DNA of 64,000 nucleotides from an uncultured Alphaproteobacteria bacterium (GCA_947175875.1 CAMWON010000002.1:1216-65215), one strand, 5' to 3'; positions 36,153 through 46,714 are shown, numbered from the stretch's first letter. Notes: generated by a model not told the origin, from the letters alone. A program made the numbers and translations.

Positions 36153-36998
36153 ATGAAAAAGTATGCGATTTTGACAAGTGTTTTGTTTTTGGCGGCGTGC
36201 CACGACGGCGGCGGACATCATCATTCGGATTATGTTCCGTCACCAAATGCACCGGCGATTGACATGCCGGTGGCCCTGCAGTCATGGAATGGCGGTGATG
36301 CGGAAAGCGGCGATAATTTCAGCCGTGATGTGTTTCGGTTCACATTGGACGGCGCCGGGAATATAACGGCGGTTGAACTGGACGGTGACATGTACGCCAA
36401 GACGGGCGACAACGAATACAAACATTTGGAACCGGGCAAGACAAGCGTGCTGAATCTGGCGACACTGGGGCGCGAGGCCGGATTGCAGTTCGCCGATTTC
36501 GGATACGCAATGGAGACCGAGCTGGAGGCGACCAAGACCGACCATGATTTCTATGTCTTTACCGGCGGTGCGGCGAACAAGGCGGTAGATGCTGATTTAG
36601 CAAAAGGTGCGACATACCGTGGAACGGCCGTTGCGTATATAGAGGCCGACATGTCTGACAGAATCGCGAACCAGGTGTCAAAGACGGACGATGCAAAACT
36701 GGTCGTTGATGCGTCCGGAAATCATACGTTGACCATGAACTTTGCCACCGCGGACAAGCCCTGGTACAACGTGACGGCGCACAAGGACGGCACGATAAAA
36801 TTGTCCGGCGGTGAAAATGTCGCGGCGGATTTTCGTGTTGAAAACATGACGATGCATGACAATTATGCGACGGGACGGTTCTTTGGCGACGGTGGCGTCG
36901 CATCAGAGGCGACGTATCGTGTCGGGGCCGAGTTCAAAGACAACGCAAACGGGCGCGAGGTTGAGTTTGATTCGGCCTTTGGCGGAATAAAACAATAG
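36153..36998 (+). CDS. Surface lipoprotein with TbpB/fHbp-like C-terminal beta-barrel (putative Slam substrate)
   Basis: 281 aa. Lipobox LAAC followed by GGGHHHSDY. C-terminal GRFFGDGGVASEATYRVGAEF....EVEFDSAFGGIKQ matches the G.FYG..A.E..G.F...AFG..K ending of TbpB/HpuA-type barrels. Confidence 0.6.
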   Translation: MKKYAILTSVLFLAACHDGGGHHHSDYVPSPNAPAIDMPVALQSWNGGDAESGDNFSRDVFRFTLDGAGNITAVELDGDMYAKTGDNEYKHLEPGKTSVLNLATLGREAGLQFADFGYAMETELEATKTDHDFYVFTGGAANKAVDADLAKGATYRGTAVAYIEADMSDRIANQVSKTDDAKLVVDASGNHTLTMNFATADKPWYNVTAHKDGTIKLSGGENVAADFRVENMTMHDNYATGRFFGDGGVASEATYRVGAEFKDNANGREVEFDSAFGGIKQ

Positions 36999-37006
36999 GG
37001 CACAAT

Positions 37007-37040
37007 AAAAACCGGCCAATCGGCCGGTTTTGTGTTTTTT
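37007..37040. terminator. Bidirectional intrinsic terminator
   Basis: AAAAA-CCGGCC-aatc-GGCCGG-TTTTGTGTTTTTT between convergent genes. Confidence 0.75.
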
Positions 37041-37045
37041 AGCCT

Positions 37046-39139
37046 TTATCGGTCCATGTCCGCATTTGCCAGCATTTCCCGCAAATTGCGCGCCGGTTTC
37101 TTTTTGCGGGCGGCCAGTTTGTCCTGCAACGCAGCCTTGTTCTTTTGACGCGTGGCGCGTTTTTCCTCTGGCGTCATGTCATCCGTGACGGCGGTTAATT
37201 CGCCCGTCTGGTCGTGGCCCAGATGTTTGCGCGACAGGGAGTGTAGTTTTTTCTGCTGGCGATCGAACTCGGCCGTGGCACGGGCAAGCGTTTCCTTTTT
37301 CGACTCGTACCTGTCACGCTCTGCCACGATGCTGCGTCTGGGGTGCATTTCCTGGTGGCTTTTGAAACTCCAGCGGGCGGCATCGGCGGCGTTTCGTGCG
37401 CCGTTTACAATGCCCAACGCATTTTCCAGCGATTCCCGCGCCAGGATTTTCCCCTTGTACTGTTTCCATTGGGACAGTTTGTCGTCGTTCATGCGGCCCC
37501 GTATCGTGGCCAGCAGGCGGTTGAGTTCCTGTATCGCGTCCGCCAGATGCTCGCGCCGTTTTTTCTCTTGATCGCGTCCGAACAACAGCGGCAGGCTTTT
37601 CTGCTGTGGCGTTGCAACAGTATTATCGGCCGCACCCGTTATATAGTCATAGATTGTCTTTTCCAATTCCGGTGCCGCCAGGTTCGCCTCTTGCTCGTTC
37701 GGCTGGCTGTCTTTGAAATATTCCGCGATTGTTTTGCACGCCTTCTGTATGCCGGACATATTCGTATAAACCGCATCGGCAACGTCGTATGCACTGCCGG
37801 CGTCGGCCATTTTTTGATACTCGCGGTCGTATTGCGCCAAATCCGCGGCCAATTCTTCGCGTATCGGCGCCTCGTCGTCTATTGTGCGCTTTAATTTTTC
37901 AAGACTGGCCTTTTTGTCGCGCGCGGATATTTGCGGCGAGTTAATCATCGCCTCTACGGACCCTGCATTGTCCGCCTGAAGAAGTAATGTCTGTTCGCGG
38001 TTAAGCTGAATCTTGCTGTCTCTTATGACCTGTTCCGGAATATGGCGGATAAAGAAATTATGCTTGTCCGCGCGCAGAACCATCTGCAGTTCGTCCGGTG
38101 TCAACTGTTCGGCGCGGCCGTCCAAAATGTCGCGCTGAGCCAGGTGCATATATACGTCCATGGCCAGGTCGTTTCGTTTAATGTCGCTATCCTGCCATGT
38201 TTTGGCGCAAATCATGCGCGGCAGAATTTCTTTGAAACGCACGGCCAGGGCTTTTTCGCGACCATAATTGTTCGGGTCGTGACGCTCTGTGTTTTGTACC
38301 AGGCGTATCATGGCGTCGCGCAGTTTCGTATAATATGCCGGCAGAATATTCGCGTTCTTTTCCGCCTGTGTTTTCGCGTTTGTCGTATCGACTGTTTTCG
38401 GCCGATATGCGGCGGCGCTTTTTAGTGCGTGGGACAGCACCTGTTCATCCATTAGATCGTTGTCCATTTTTTCCATCAGTGCTGTGATGTTTCTGGATTT
38501 GCTGAGTGTCGACTGATTTATTCTTTCGCGGAATTTCGGGGATGCACCGCGAAAGTTTATCAGCTTTCCCATGTCCATATTTTGAATCAGTTCGCGTGCA
38601 TTGGCGTTGGCCTGGTTGTTGAAATACGATGCTTCGGACATTTCGTATATTTTATTTAACAATATCGCGTTTTCTTTTGAGGTCTTGGATATGTCGCCTG
38701 TGCCGATGCTGGAATAAGGTATGTATCCGTACGGCAGCATTGCATATATGGCCGCAATGTTTTTCTCGAACGGGCGCTGTTCCATTGCGGCGACAATTGC
38801 ATTGTATATTGTTGCGCCGCCGTATGAACGTGAATTGCCAGAGCGTTCGTATGCACGGCCCAGCAATGCCGGGAACTTGTCCGCCAGGTTCAGCATTGTG
38901 TTCGCGTCGCGTAACAGGTCGCCATGGCTGTGGCCGCTGGCCACGACATACGCCAGTGTTTCCTGGGCCGCCGTGGACAGGGCCGGCGCGCCGTTTAAAA
39001 TTACATCCAGGGGCAGGTCGAAATACAGGTTCGGGTTAAAATCCGCCTCGCGCAGTGTTAATAGCCATTGTTGAAACTGTGCAAGGTTTTGTTGTGATAC
39101 GTGCACTTGTTCAGCCATTGAAAATTCCTTTTTTATCAT
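37046..39139 (-). CDS. Large hypothetical protein (697 aa), helical/coiled-coil rich
   Basis: Long uninterrupted ORF with no signal peptide, TM or recognised motif. The alternative start MAEQVH is at 39118. Confidence 0.6.
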   Translation of the reverse strand: MIKKEFSMAEQVHVSQQNLAQFQQWLLTLREADFNPNLYFDLPLDVILNGAPALSTAAQETLAYVVASGHSHGDLLRDANTMLNLADKFPALLGRAYERSGNSRSYGGATIYNAIVAAMEQRPFEKNIAAIYAMLPYGYIPYSSIGTGDISKTSKENAILLNKIYEMSEASYFNNQANANARELIQNMDMGKLINFRGASPKFRERINQSTLSKSRNITALMEKMDNDLMDEQVLSHALKSAAAYRPKTVDTTNAKTQAEKNANILPAYYTKLRDAMIRLVQNTERHDPNNYGREKALAVRFKEILPRMICAKTWQDSDIKRNDLAMDVYMHLAQRDILDGRAEQLTPDELQMVLRADKHNFFIRHIPEQVIRDSKIQLNREQTLLLQADNAGSVEAMINSPQISARDKKASLEKLKRTIDDEAPIREELAADLAQYDREYQKMADAGSAYDVADAVYTNMSGIQKACKTIAEYFKDSQPNEQEANLAAPELEKTIYDYITGAADNTVATPQQKSLPLLFGRDQEKKRREHLADAIQELNRLLATIRGRMNDDKLSQWKQYKGKILARESLENALGIVNGARNAADAARWSFKSHQEMHPRRSIVAERDRYESKKETLARATAEFDRQQKKLHSLSRKHLGHDQTGELTAVTDDMTPEEKRATRQKNKAALQDKLAARKKKPARNLREMLANADMDR

Positions 39140-39193
39140 ATTGTTTTAACGGATTTATTATAGCGCATTTTGGCCGTATTTTCAAATATTTTG

Positions 39194-39233
39194 GCGGTGC
39201 GCGTATTTTTGTTGCGGCGCGCGTATTTTTGTT
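39194..39233 (+). repeat. Tandem 20-nt direct repeat overlapping the aspS promoter
   Basis: GCGGTGCGCGTATTTTTGTT followed by GCGGCGCGCGTATTTTTGTT, then TATAAT at 39234-39239. Confidence 0.7.
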
Positions 39234-39384
39234 TATAATTTGCCAAAATGATGCGTTGGATTCGCGATGACGTGACTGACACCCACCGAGCGGGCGCGCA
39301 CATGCATGATTAAGTTATAAGCCGGGGTGGCACCGCGCGGGGAAATTTCCCAGCGCCCCCGATATCACGTACAAAGGGACCAAA

Positions 39385-41139
39385 ATGTTATCACTTAAAT
39401 CAAAATACAGAACCCATACATGCGGGGAATTGAACGCGTCCAATGTCGGCCAGACGGTGACTTTGTCGGGCTGGGTTCATCGCAAGCGCGACCACGGGTC
39501 GCTGCTGTTCATCGACCTGCGCGACAATTACGGAATAACGCAGTGCGTGTTTGACGGCGGGGATGCGGCGCTGGAAAAAGTTCGCCCCGAATCCGTAATC
39601 ACAATCACAGGTACGGTTGTGGCCCGCGATGCGGCGGCCGTCAACGACAAGATTCCGACGGGCGCGATTGAAATCAAGGCCGATAAATTCGATGTTTTAA
39701 CAAATGCGGACGTTCTGCCGTTCCAGGTGTTCGGCGACGACGACACCGTGGCCGAGGATTTGCGCTTAAAGCACCGCTATATCGATTTGCGCCGCGAATC
39801 CCTGCATAACAACATATTGTTCCGCAACCGCGTTATGAAGTTTCTGCGCGATAAAATGTGGGATATGGGATTCTCGGAATTTCAGACACCAATTCTGACC
39901 GTATCCAGTCCGGAGGGCGCGCGCGACTATATCGTTCCGTCGCGTCATCATCACGGAATGTTTTACGCGTTGCCCCAGGCGCCGCAGCAGTTTAAACAGT
40001 TGTTGCAGATTGCAGGATTTGACCGCTATTTCCAGATTGCGCCGTGTTTCCGTGACGAGGATTTGCGCGCCGACCGTCTGCTGGAGTTTTATCAGCTGGA
40101 CCTGGAAATGTCGTTTGTTGATTTACCCGATATTCAGGCGGTCGGAAACGAACTGATTCCGGCGCTGATACGCGAATTTGTGCCGGGTGCAAAAATATGC
40201 GCGGAAATTCCGCATATTCCGTATGATGTCGCGATGCTGAAATACGGTTGTGACAAGCCGGATTTGCGCAATCCGATTGAAATTTCGGACGTGACGGAAA
40301 TTTTCCGCGGCTCTGATTTCGGAATCTTTGCGAGTGCCATTGAAAACGGCAGTGTTGTGCGCGCCATTCCGGCCCCGGCATCGGCGGACAAGCCGCGCAG
40401 CTGGTTTGACAAGCTGGGCGATTATGCCGTCAAAGAGTTGGGCCTGGGGGGCCTCGGCTACATCGTCTTTGGCGATGTGGCAAAAGGTCCGGTCGCCAAA
40501 AAACTGGACGAGGGGCGCATCGCCAAACTGCGTGAAATCGCGGGCGACGGTTCGACACTGTTCTTTGTCTGTGACGAGGCGAACGCCGCGGCCAAGGCGG
40601 CGGGCAAGCTGCGCATAAAGCTGGGCAACGATTTGGGCTTGATTGACGACAAGGAATTCCGTCTGTGCTGGATTGAAGAATTCCCGTTCTATGAACTGAA
40701 CGAGGAAACCGGTGCGATTGATTTCGGGCACAATCCGTTTTCGTTGCCGCGCGGCGAACTGGACGGCGACCCGTTAAAGATAAAGGCGAACCAGTTCGAC
40801 ATGGTTTTGAACGGCGCCGAAATTTGCAGCGGGGGCCTGCGCAACTATAACCCGGAAACGATGGTGCGCGCGTTTGAAATCGCGGGATACGGCGAGGAAG
40901 ATGTAAAGGCCAAATTCGGCGGAATGTACGCCGCGTTCCAGTACGGTGCGCCGCCGCACGGCGGGTGCGCGTTCGGTGTGGACCGCTTGATTCAGATTAT
41001 GCTGGGCGAGGACAACCTGCGCGAGGTTGTAGCGTTCCCGACAAATCAGCGCGGCCAGGACTTGATGCTGGGCGCCCCGCGCGAGGTGACCGAGCAGCAG
41101 CTGCGCGAGGTTCATATACAGGTTCGCAAGAAAGGCTAA
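39385..41139 (+). CDS. aspS: Aspartyl-tRNA synthetase
   Basis: 584 aa. Motifs: GWVHRKRDHG, FQIAPCFRDEDLRADR, GGLRNY, GGCAFGVDRL. Confidence 0.95.
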   Translation: MLSLKSKYRTHTCGELNASNVGQTVTLSGWVHRKRDHGSLLFIDLRDNYGITQCVFDGGDAALEKVRPESVITITGTVVARDAAAVNDKIPTGAIEIKADKFDVLTNADVLPFQVFGDDDTVAEDLRLKHRYIDLRRESLHNNILFRNRVMKFLRDKMWDMGFSEFQTPILTVSSPEGARDYIVPSRHHHGMFYALPQAPQQFKQLLQIAGFDRYFQIAPCFRDEDLRADRLLEFYQLDLEMSFVDLPDIQAVGNELIPALIREFVPGAKICAEIPHIPYDVAMLKYGCDKPDLRNPIEISDVTEIFRGSDFGIFASAIENGSVVRAIPAPASADKPRSWFDKLGDYAVKELGLGGLGYIVFGDVAKGPVAKKLDEGRIAKLREIAGDGSTLFFVCDEANAAAKAAGKLRIKLGNDLGLIDDKEFRLCWIEEFPFYELNEETGAIDFGHNPFSLPRGELDGDPLKIKANQFDMVLNGAEICSGGLRNYNPETMVRAFEIAGYGEEDVKAKFGGMYAAFQYGAPPHGGCAFGVDRLIQIMLGEDNLREVVAFPTNQRGQDLMLGAPREVTEQQLREVHIQVRKKG

Positions 41140-41150
41140 TGTGCAAAAAA

Positions 41151-41176
41151 CGCCCGCCGACTGGCGGGTGTTTTTT
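41151..41176 (+). terminator. Intrinsic terminator of aspS
   Basis: CGCCCGCC-gact-GGCGGGTG followed by TTTTTT. Confidence 0.8.
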
Positions 41177-41228
41177 GTAAGAAATCAAACCTATTGGCAA
41201 CAATTTTTTCCCATATATAATTTTTTGT

Positions 41229-41606
41229 ATGGAGTGTGCCAGTATGAATCCGCAGCTTGATAAATTGTCCGAAATGTTGAATTTAAGCCCGTATCAGAAA
41301 AAGGCCCTGGCCGCGGGTCAGGGGAAGTACGATATGGCGCGTCTGGTTAAGCGCGGCGGCCTGTTGTATGCGCCGTATGATGCGCGCGGTCTGATTGGGG
41401 TGGCGGCGGATTTGCTGCGCGGCCGTCGCGCCGATTTGATTGGGCGGAACAAGACCCTGCTGCGTGCCCAGCGCGGCATACGCTTTCACAGTGCCGGATT
41501 TCATTCGGTGCGCGTGGGCGGTTTCATGTACTATGCGGATGCGTCGGGTGCCGCAATATCACGCGCAGCGTTTATGCGCGGAATACAAAACGCCGCGGCG
41601 CGTTAA
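41229..41606 (+). CDS. Hypothetical protein
   Basis: 125-aa ORF (alternative start 41244) with no recognised motif. An antisense 73-aa ORF was rejected. Confidence 0.4.
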   Translation: MECASMNPQLDKLSEMLNLSPYQKKALAAGQGKYDMARLVKRGGLLYAPYDARGLIGVAADLLRGRRADLIGRNKTLLRAQRGIRFHSAGFHSVRVGGFMYYADASGAAISRAAFMRGIQNAAAR

Positions 41607-44077
41607 AACTTGCCGTGTGTTGCGATAAATTCGCGCAGGAACGACGCATCGAAATTCTTCATTATTTCAGACAGGGAATAACGCCGCGCGCCGGACGGTA
41701 AAATCTGGACCGATATGGGCGTCGGTGCGGGCGAGGTTCCGCGCAGGATTATATCCATGTTTGCACGCATGCGTCCGTCCGTTATTTCCAGCGCGCCACC
41801 GGCCGTGGCGTGACGCATGGATATTGTTAAAGGTGCGGTCGTTTGGAAATCGCGGCCCGCGAATTCGCCCTTTACGTTCATTTCCTTTAGCGCGCTGCGT
41901 CCGCCGTCCAGTGCGTTTGATATGGCGTATTCTGCATTCAGTGTCGTTATGTCGGGCGCGGCGGCGTAAAATTCGTCGACGCCGAATCCGATTATGTATC
42001 CGCCGGTAAACGTCGCGTCGATTGTGCCGGCCATGTTGTACGATATGTCGTGCGCAATCTTGCCGGATGTGCGTATGTCTGCCTCGCCCGTGATGCGTGT
42101 GTCGGATACGTTCAGCGGCATGTTCGCCCCCAGCAGCGCGCCGGCGAGCTTAAAGTTGCTGGCCTGGACGGAAATGGAATATTCCTTTTTCTCTTTTGAT
42201 ATTATTATCAGCAAATTTCCACGGTCGCGGTCCGATATCGAGAACGTTTGGTTGGAGTCTTTGCGGCTGTATACAAAATTGCTGTATTCGTCGCCGTTGT
42301 ATATCAGCTTGTCCGCCTGCAGTGATATGTTGGCGCTCAAATCAAACGGCAGCATTATCGGCGCGTCCGTCAGGAATTCCATCTCGTCATAATTGTCGAT
42401 AAAGTCTTGGGCCGTCAATGCGTCCAGATTCAGCGTGTCCGTTTTCAGCGTTATTGTTTTTCCGGCGGCTGTTCCGATAAATTCATGCTCTAAAAAACGG
42501 ATTGTCAGATTTGATATGGCGTCGTCCCGGCGCAGGCCGGACACGAAATACTCGCCGTCGGCAATCGCGCGCAAATCCATGTCTGGGAACCAGTCGTGAA
42601 GACTGTGCCCCGATATTACGAATGCGTCGCCCTGGGTCGTCAATTCCCAGCGCCCGCTGTGCGGGCGGAATGTGACGCGGTCCCCGCTTAATGCAAAGTC
42701 GCCGATTTCATTGCGCATGAAAGCCGGAATGAAATCCATTTCGCCGCGCATCCAGGAAAGCGTCTTGTCGCGTGCGAATTTAAATTCCGGGCGAACGGTG
42801 TCTTTTTCTATGAACAGTGTTCCGGCCGCGTCCGCGAATATGAATTTTACCTGGCCGCGGCGCCCCAGCTTAGCCAGCATGCCGCGCACATCCTCATCGG
42901 ACGGCATCGGCGCGTCGGATGTTACGGTTGCCGTGAACGTGTCGCCGTCGACACTCAGCGTGCCCGTCATGCCGCGGTATGTGAATTTGTCGCACGACCA
43001 TTTCTCGGGCGTGCCTGAAAACATGCACGTTGCCATGCGGCCGTCTATTTTTGTCGAAATCGCCAAATCGTGCGCGCCGTCCGCGGAGATTACGCCGCCG
43101 CTGATTACCGTATTGTCGGCGACGATTTTTTCAATGCGCAGGGCGTCGGGCGTGCCGGTCGCCTGAATAATTAAATGCGAAAACTCATGCCCCGCCAGAG
43201 TCAAGCGCCCGCGCAGGTTCAAATTGAACGACGTTTCGTATATAAAGCGCGTGGGGTTCAACAGGAATGAAAAATCAAACACGGCGTCGGACGAAGATAT
43301 CTGAATGTTGCGGCGTCCGTCGGGGGCCAGTTCTATGTTGCCGGTAAAGTTGTTCGCATGTATGTCCGAGAATCGAACGCCGTATCCGCCGTCCCAGTCG
43401 AACTTCATTTCCAAATCAATCATGCCGGGGATTTTTGGCTGCTCAAACTCGAACATGCGGTTGATGTTGTCCGTCTGCAGCGACATTGTGCCGCGCGCAC
43501 CGCCGTCGCCGGTTAAATTGCCCAGCAGCACCAGATTATTGTTTTTGTTTGTGACGTAAAACGCGTCGCCGTCCAGTTTGATGTCGTATTTGTGCTGGTC
43601 CGTGCGGACGGTTGCTTGGAAACTGCCGTCGCCGATAACACCGTTTATGATTCTGTAATCCTTGCCTAAAAATTCAACGTTGCAGTTGTGCAGGTCGATG
43701 TCGTATTCCGGCGCGACCGGGACCAGGCGCGATATCTTTACATTCGCATCATACACGCCGATGCGGTTCGACAGGCGCGCGTTTTCAATATTGAACAGGG
43801 ACGATATCGGAATGCGAAACGCCGCGGCGCCGATGCGGCCGTCGGGTACGCGCACGTCGCGCGCGACAATTGTCGCCGCGCCCAGCAGGCTGAAATGCAC
43901 GTCGCCTTGAATCCGCGTTTCGACCCCTGTCTGGGCGGTAATCGCCGCCTCCAGTTTCGGTTTTAAACGGTTCAATGTGAACATTGGCGGCACCACCACG
44001 ACCATGATGGCGGCCACGGCGACAAATGCGGCGGAAAAGTATATTATTCTGCGGCGGGTTCTGGGTTTTAATGCCAT
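41603..44077 (-). CDS. AsmA-family outer-membrane biogenesis protein
   Basis: ORF 41603..44140; start MALKPRTRRR (44077) preferred. A single N-terminal TM anchor is followed by LKPKLEAAITAQTGVETRIQGDVHFSLLGAATIVARDV, typical of AsmA N-domains. Total ~824 aa. Confidence 0.6.
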   Translation of the reverse strand: MALKPRTRRRIIYFSAAFVAVAAIMVVVVPPMFTLNRLKPKLEAAITAQTGVETRIQGDVHFSLLGAATIVARDVRVPDGRIGAAAFRIPISSLFNIENARLSNRIGVYDANVKISRLVPVAPEYDIDLHNCNVEFLGKDYRIINGVIGDGSFQATVRTDQHKYDIKLDGDAFYVTNKNNNLVLLGNLTGDGGARGTMSLQTDNINRMFEFEQPKIPGMIDLEMKFDWDGGYGVRFSDIHANNFTGNIELAPDGRRNIQISSSDAVFDFSFLLNPTRFIYETSFNLNLRGRLTLAGHEFSHLIIQATGTPDALRIEKIVADNTVISGGVISADGAHDLAISTKIDGRMATCMFSGTPEKWSCDKFTYRGMTGTLSVDGDTFTATVTSDAPMPSDEDVRGMLAKLGRRGQVKFIFADAAGTLFIEKDTVRPEFKFARDKTLSWMRGEMDFIPAFMRNEIGDFALSGDRVTFRPHSGRWELTTQGDAFVISGHSLHDWFPDMDLRAIADGEYFVSGLRRDDAISNLTIRFLEHEFIGTAAGKTITLKTDTLNLDALTAQDFIDNYDEMEFLTDAPIMLPFDLSANISLQADKLIYNGDEYSNFVYSRKDSNQTFSISDRDRGNLLIIISKEKKEYSISVQASNFKLAGALLGANMPLNVSDTRITGEADIRTSGKIAHDISYNMAGTIDATFTGGYIIGFGVDEFYAAAPDITTLNAEYAISNALDGGRSALKEMNVKGEFAGRDFQTTAPLTISMRHATAGGALEITDGRMRANMDIILRGTSPAPTPISVQILPSGARRYSLSEIMKNFDASFLREFIATHGKF

Positions 44078-44126
44078 TTTCTCTTTCCTTGTATTTTTAT
44101 TATAATGAATTATATTAACAATTAAA

Positions 44127-46118
44127 ATGAAAAAGAGCATATTCGATCTTCAAAGCGATTATAAACCCATGGGCGACCAGCCGACGGCGATTGCCGAACT
44201 GGCCGGCGGCATTCGCGAGGGACGCCGCGACCAGGTTCTGTTGGGGGTGACGGGTTCTGGAAAAACGTTCACGATGGCGAACGTGATTGCCGAACTGTCG
44301 CGGCCGGCGCTGATTATGGCGCCGAACAAGATTCTGGCGGCGCAGCTGTACACGGAAATGAAATCATTCTTTCCGAACAATCATGTCGAATATTTTGTGT
44401 CGTATTATGATTATTACCAGCCTGAGGCGTATATGCCGACCACCGACACGTATATCGACAAGGACGCGTCGATTAACGAGCAGCTGGACCGAATGCGCCA
44501 CAGTGCGACGCGCGCCATGCTGGAAGAGCGCGACGTTGTCGTAATATCGTCGGTGTCGTCCATTTACGGTATGGGCAGCCCGGAGCAGTATTCGGGAATG
44601 AAACTGGTTCTGAATGCGGGCGACCAAATCGGGATGCGGGATGTTATGCGCGCGTTGGTCGATATTCAGTACAAGCGCAACGATGTCGCGTTTGAGCGTG
44701 GCGATTTTCGGGTGCGTGGCGACACGCTGGACATATTTCCATCGCACGCGCTGGACCGCGCATGGAAGGTGTCTTTCTTTGGCGACGAGATAGAGGAGAT
44801 ATGGGAGTTTGATACGTTGACCGGGGCAAAGCTGCACAGGCTAGACCGGGTGGCGGTGTATCCCAATACGCACTATGCGACGCCGATGCCCAGCATTCTG
44901 CAGGCAATCGGACAGATAAAATCCGATTTGAAAGAGCGTTTGGATTACTTTCATGAAAACATGAAATATATCGAAGAACAGCGCCTGCGCGAGCGTGTGA
45001 ATTTCGATATAGAGATGATGGAATCAACGGGAACGTGCCGCGGAATTGAAAACTATTCGCGATACCTGTCCGGGCGCGCACCGGGCCAGCCGCCGCCGAC
45101 GTTGTTCGAATACCTGCCGCGTGACGCCGTGTTGTTTATTGACGAAAGCCACGTCACCGTTCCCCAGATTTCGGCGATGTCGCGCGGGGACCGTGCGCGC
45201 AAAGAGACGCTGTCGCAGTATGGATTCCGTCTGCCGGCGTGCATCGACAACAGACCGCTGACGTTTGAGGAATGGGATGCACTGCGCCCCCAGACGATAT
45301 TTGTTTCCGCAACGCCCGCGCCGTGGGAATTGGATGCGGCGGGCGGCATCGTGTCAGAGCAGGTTATACGTCCGACAGGTCTGCTGGACCCGGTGTGCGA
45401 CGTGCGGCCGACAACAAACCAGGTTGACGATTTGCTGGACCAGATACGCGGGACAAAAGGGCGCGTTCTGGTAACGACGCTGACCAAAAAAATGGCGGAG
45501 CAGCTGACAGACTATTTAAATGAAAACGGCGTGCGCGCAAAATATCTGCACAGTGATATCGAAACGCTGGAGCGTATAGAGCTGCTGCGTGATTTGAGAC
45601 TGGGGAAATACGATGTGCTGGTCGGAATCAATCTGCTGCGCGAGGGGCTGGACGTTCCGGAATGCGAACTGGTTGCGATTATGGACGCGGACAAAGAGGG
45701 TTTCCTGCGTTCCACGCGGTCGCTTATTCAGACAATCGGGCGCGCGGCGCGAAACGCAAACGGGCGCGTAATACTGTATGCGGACCGCATGACGGATTCG
45801 ATGAACGCCGCATTGACCGAAACGGTGCGACGGCGTGAAAAGCAGATGGCGTACAACAAGGCGCACGGTATAACACCGAAGACCGTTACCAAGGCCGTCT
45901 TTGCAGAGGTTGGCGAAAAGGATGAAAAAACGGACAAGAAGCGCCGCTTTGTATATGACAAATCCGGCGGCGTGATGGATGCGGAATCGATACGCAAGCA
46001 GATAAAGGAATTAACGAAAAAGATGCGGCGTGCGGCCGAAGATTTGGAGTTTGAAGAGGCCGGCGAATATCGCGACGCGATAAGAAAGCTGGAAGACGAT
46101 TTGTTGTTGGTGGAGTGA
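44127..46118 (+). CDS. uvrB: Excinuclease ABC subunit B
   Basis: 663 aa. Motifs: [30 protein letters not shown], and a C-terminal UVR domain. Confidence 0.97.
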   Translation: MKKSIFDLQSDYKPMGDQPTAIAELAGGIREGRRDQVLLGVTGSGKTFTMANVIAELSRPALIMAPNKILAAQLYTEMKSFFPNNHVEYFVSYYDYYQPEAYMPTTDTYIDKDASINEQLDRMRHSATRAMLEERDVVVISSVSSIYGMGSPEQYSGMKLVLNAGDQIGMRDVMRALVDIQYKRNDVAFERGDFRVRGDTLDIFPSHALDRAWKVSFFGDEIEEIWEFDTLTGAKLHRLDRVAVYPNTHYATPMPSILQAIGQIKSDLKERLDYFHENMKYIEEQRLRERVNFDIEMMESTGTCRGIENYSRYLSGRAPGQPPPTLFEYLPRDAVLFIDESHVTVPQISAMSRGDRARKETLSQYGFRLPACIDNRPLTFEEWDALRPQTIFVSATPAPWELDAAGGIVSEQVIRPTGLLDPVCDVRPTTNQVDDLLDQIRGTKGRVLVTTLTKKMAEQLTDYLNENGVRAKYLHSDIETLERIELLRDLRLGKYDVLVGINLLREGLDVPECELVAIMDADKEGFLRSTRSLIQTIGRAARNANGRVILYADRMTDSMNAALTETVRRREKQMAYNKAHGITPKTVTKAVFAEVGEKDEKTDKKRRFVYDKSGGVMDAESIRKQIKELTKKMRRAAEDLEFEEAGEYRDAIRKLEDDLLLVE

Positions 46119-46121
46119 TAA

Positions 46122-46520
46122 ATGGCGGAGTTTATTTCAAACAATGTTGATGAACTGCGCGCGTGGGCGGCGGATTTTGCGCGTGGGTTGAGCGCGCCCG
46201 TGACGGTGGCGCTGCACGGGGATTTGGGCATGGGCAAGTCCGAGATTGCGCGCGCAATTATCAAGACGCTGCGCGGGGCGGACACCGTCGTGCCCAGTCC
46301 GACGTTCACAATCGTTCAAAATTATGACGGGATATCCCACTTTGATTTGTACCGTGTGGCGGATGCCGACGAATTGGCTGAAATCGGTCTGCAGCATGCG
46401 ATGGACAATGACATTACGTTGATAGAGTGGCCCGATATCGCGGCGCAAATGCTGCCGGCGGACACGGTGCATGTTTATATAACGGCGCACGGGGCGGGTC
46501 GCAAAATTGTTGTCGGGTAA
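46122..46520 (+). CDS. tsaE: tRNA threonylcarbamoyladenosine biosynthesis ATPase TsaE
   Basis: 132 aa. Motifs: LHGDLGMGKSEIARAI, VPSPTFTIVQNY, HFDLYRV. Confidence 0.85.
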   Translation: MAEFISNNVDELRAWAADFARGLSAPVTVALHGDLGMGKSEIARAIIKTLRGADTVVPSPTFTIVQNYDGISHFDLYRVADADELAEIGLQHAMDNDITLIEWPDIAAQMLPADTVHVYITAHGAGRKIVVG

Positions 46521-46714
46521 ATTGGGAAATGGCTCCTGTGGCGCGGCGGCGGCGCGTGCGGCATAGTTATAACGCGGATTGACATTCGCGATGCGAACAC
46601 TGCGTACACGGACTTTTCAGGTTCCGAACCCATATCCCTGCGGATTCAAGTGTGCATGCGCCGGAATCCAATAAAGCGTTGTTTGCAAAATAAAATCCCG
46701 GATTTTCCGGGATT

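Noticed and set aside
35505-36224. 239-aa minus-strand ORF
   Set aside because: It is antisense to the Slam barrel gene and crosses into the next gene. Its Arg/His/Pro-rich composition is that of a shadow frame.
39194-39233. A possible CRISPR or other array from repeated 20-mers
   Set aside because: There are only two directly adjacent copies with no spacers, and no cas genes in the window. It is a promoter-region tandem duplication. No CRISPR array was seen anywhere in the window.
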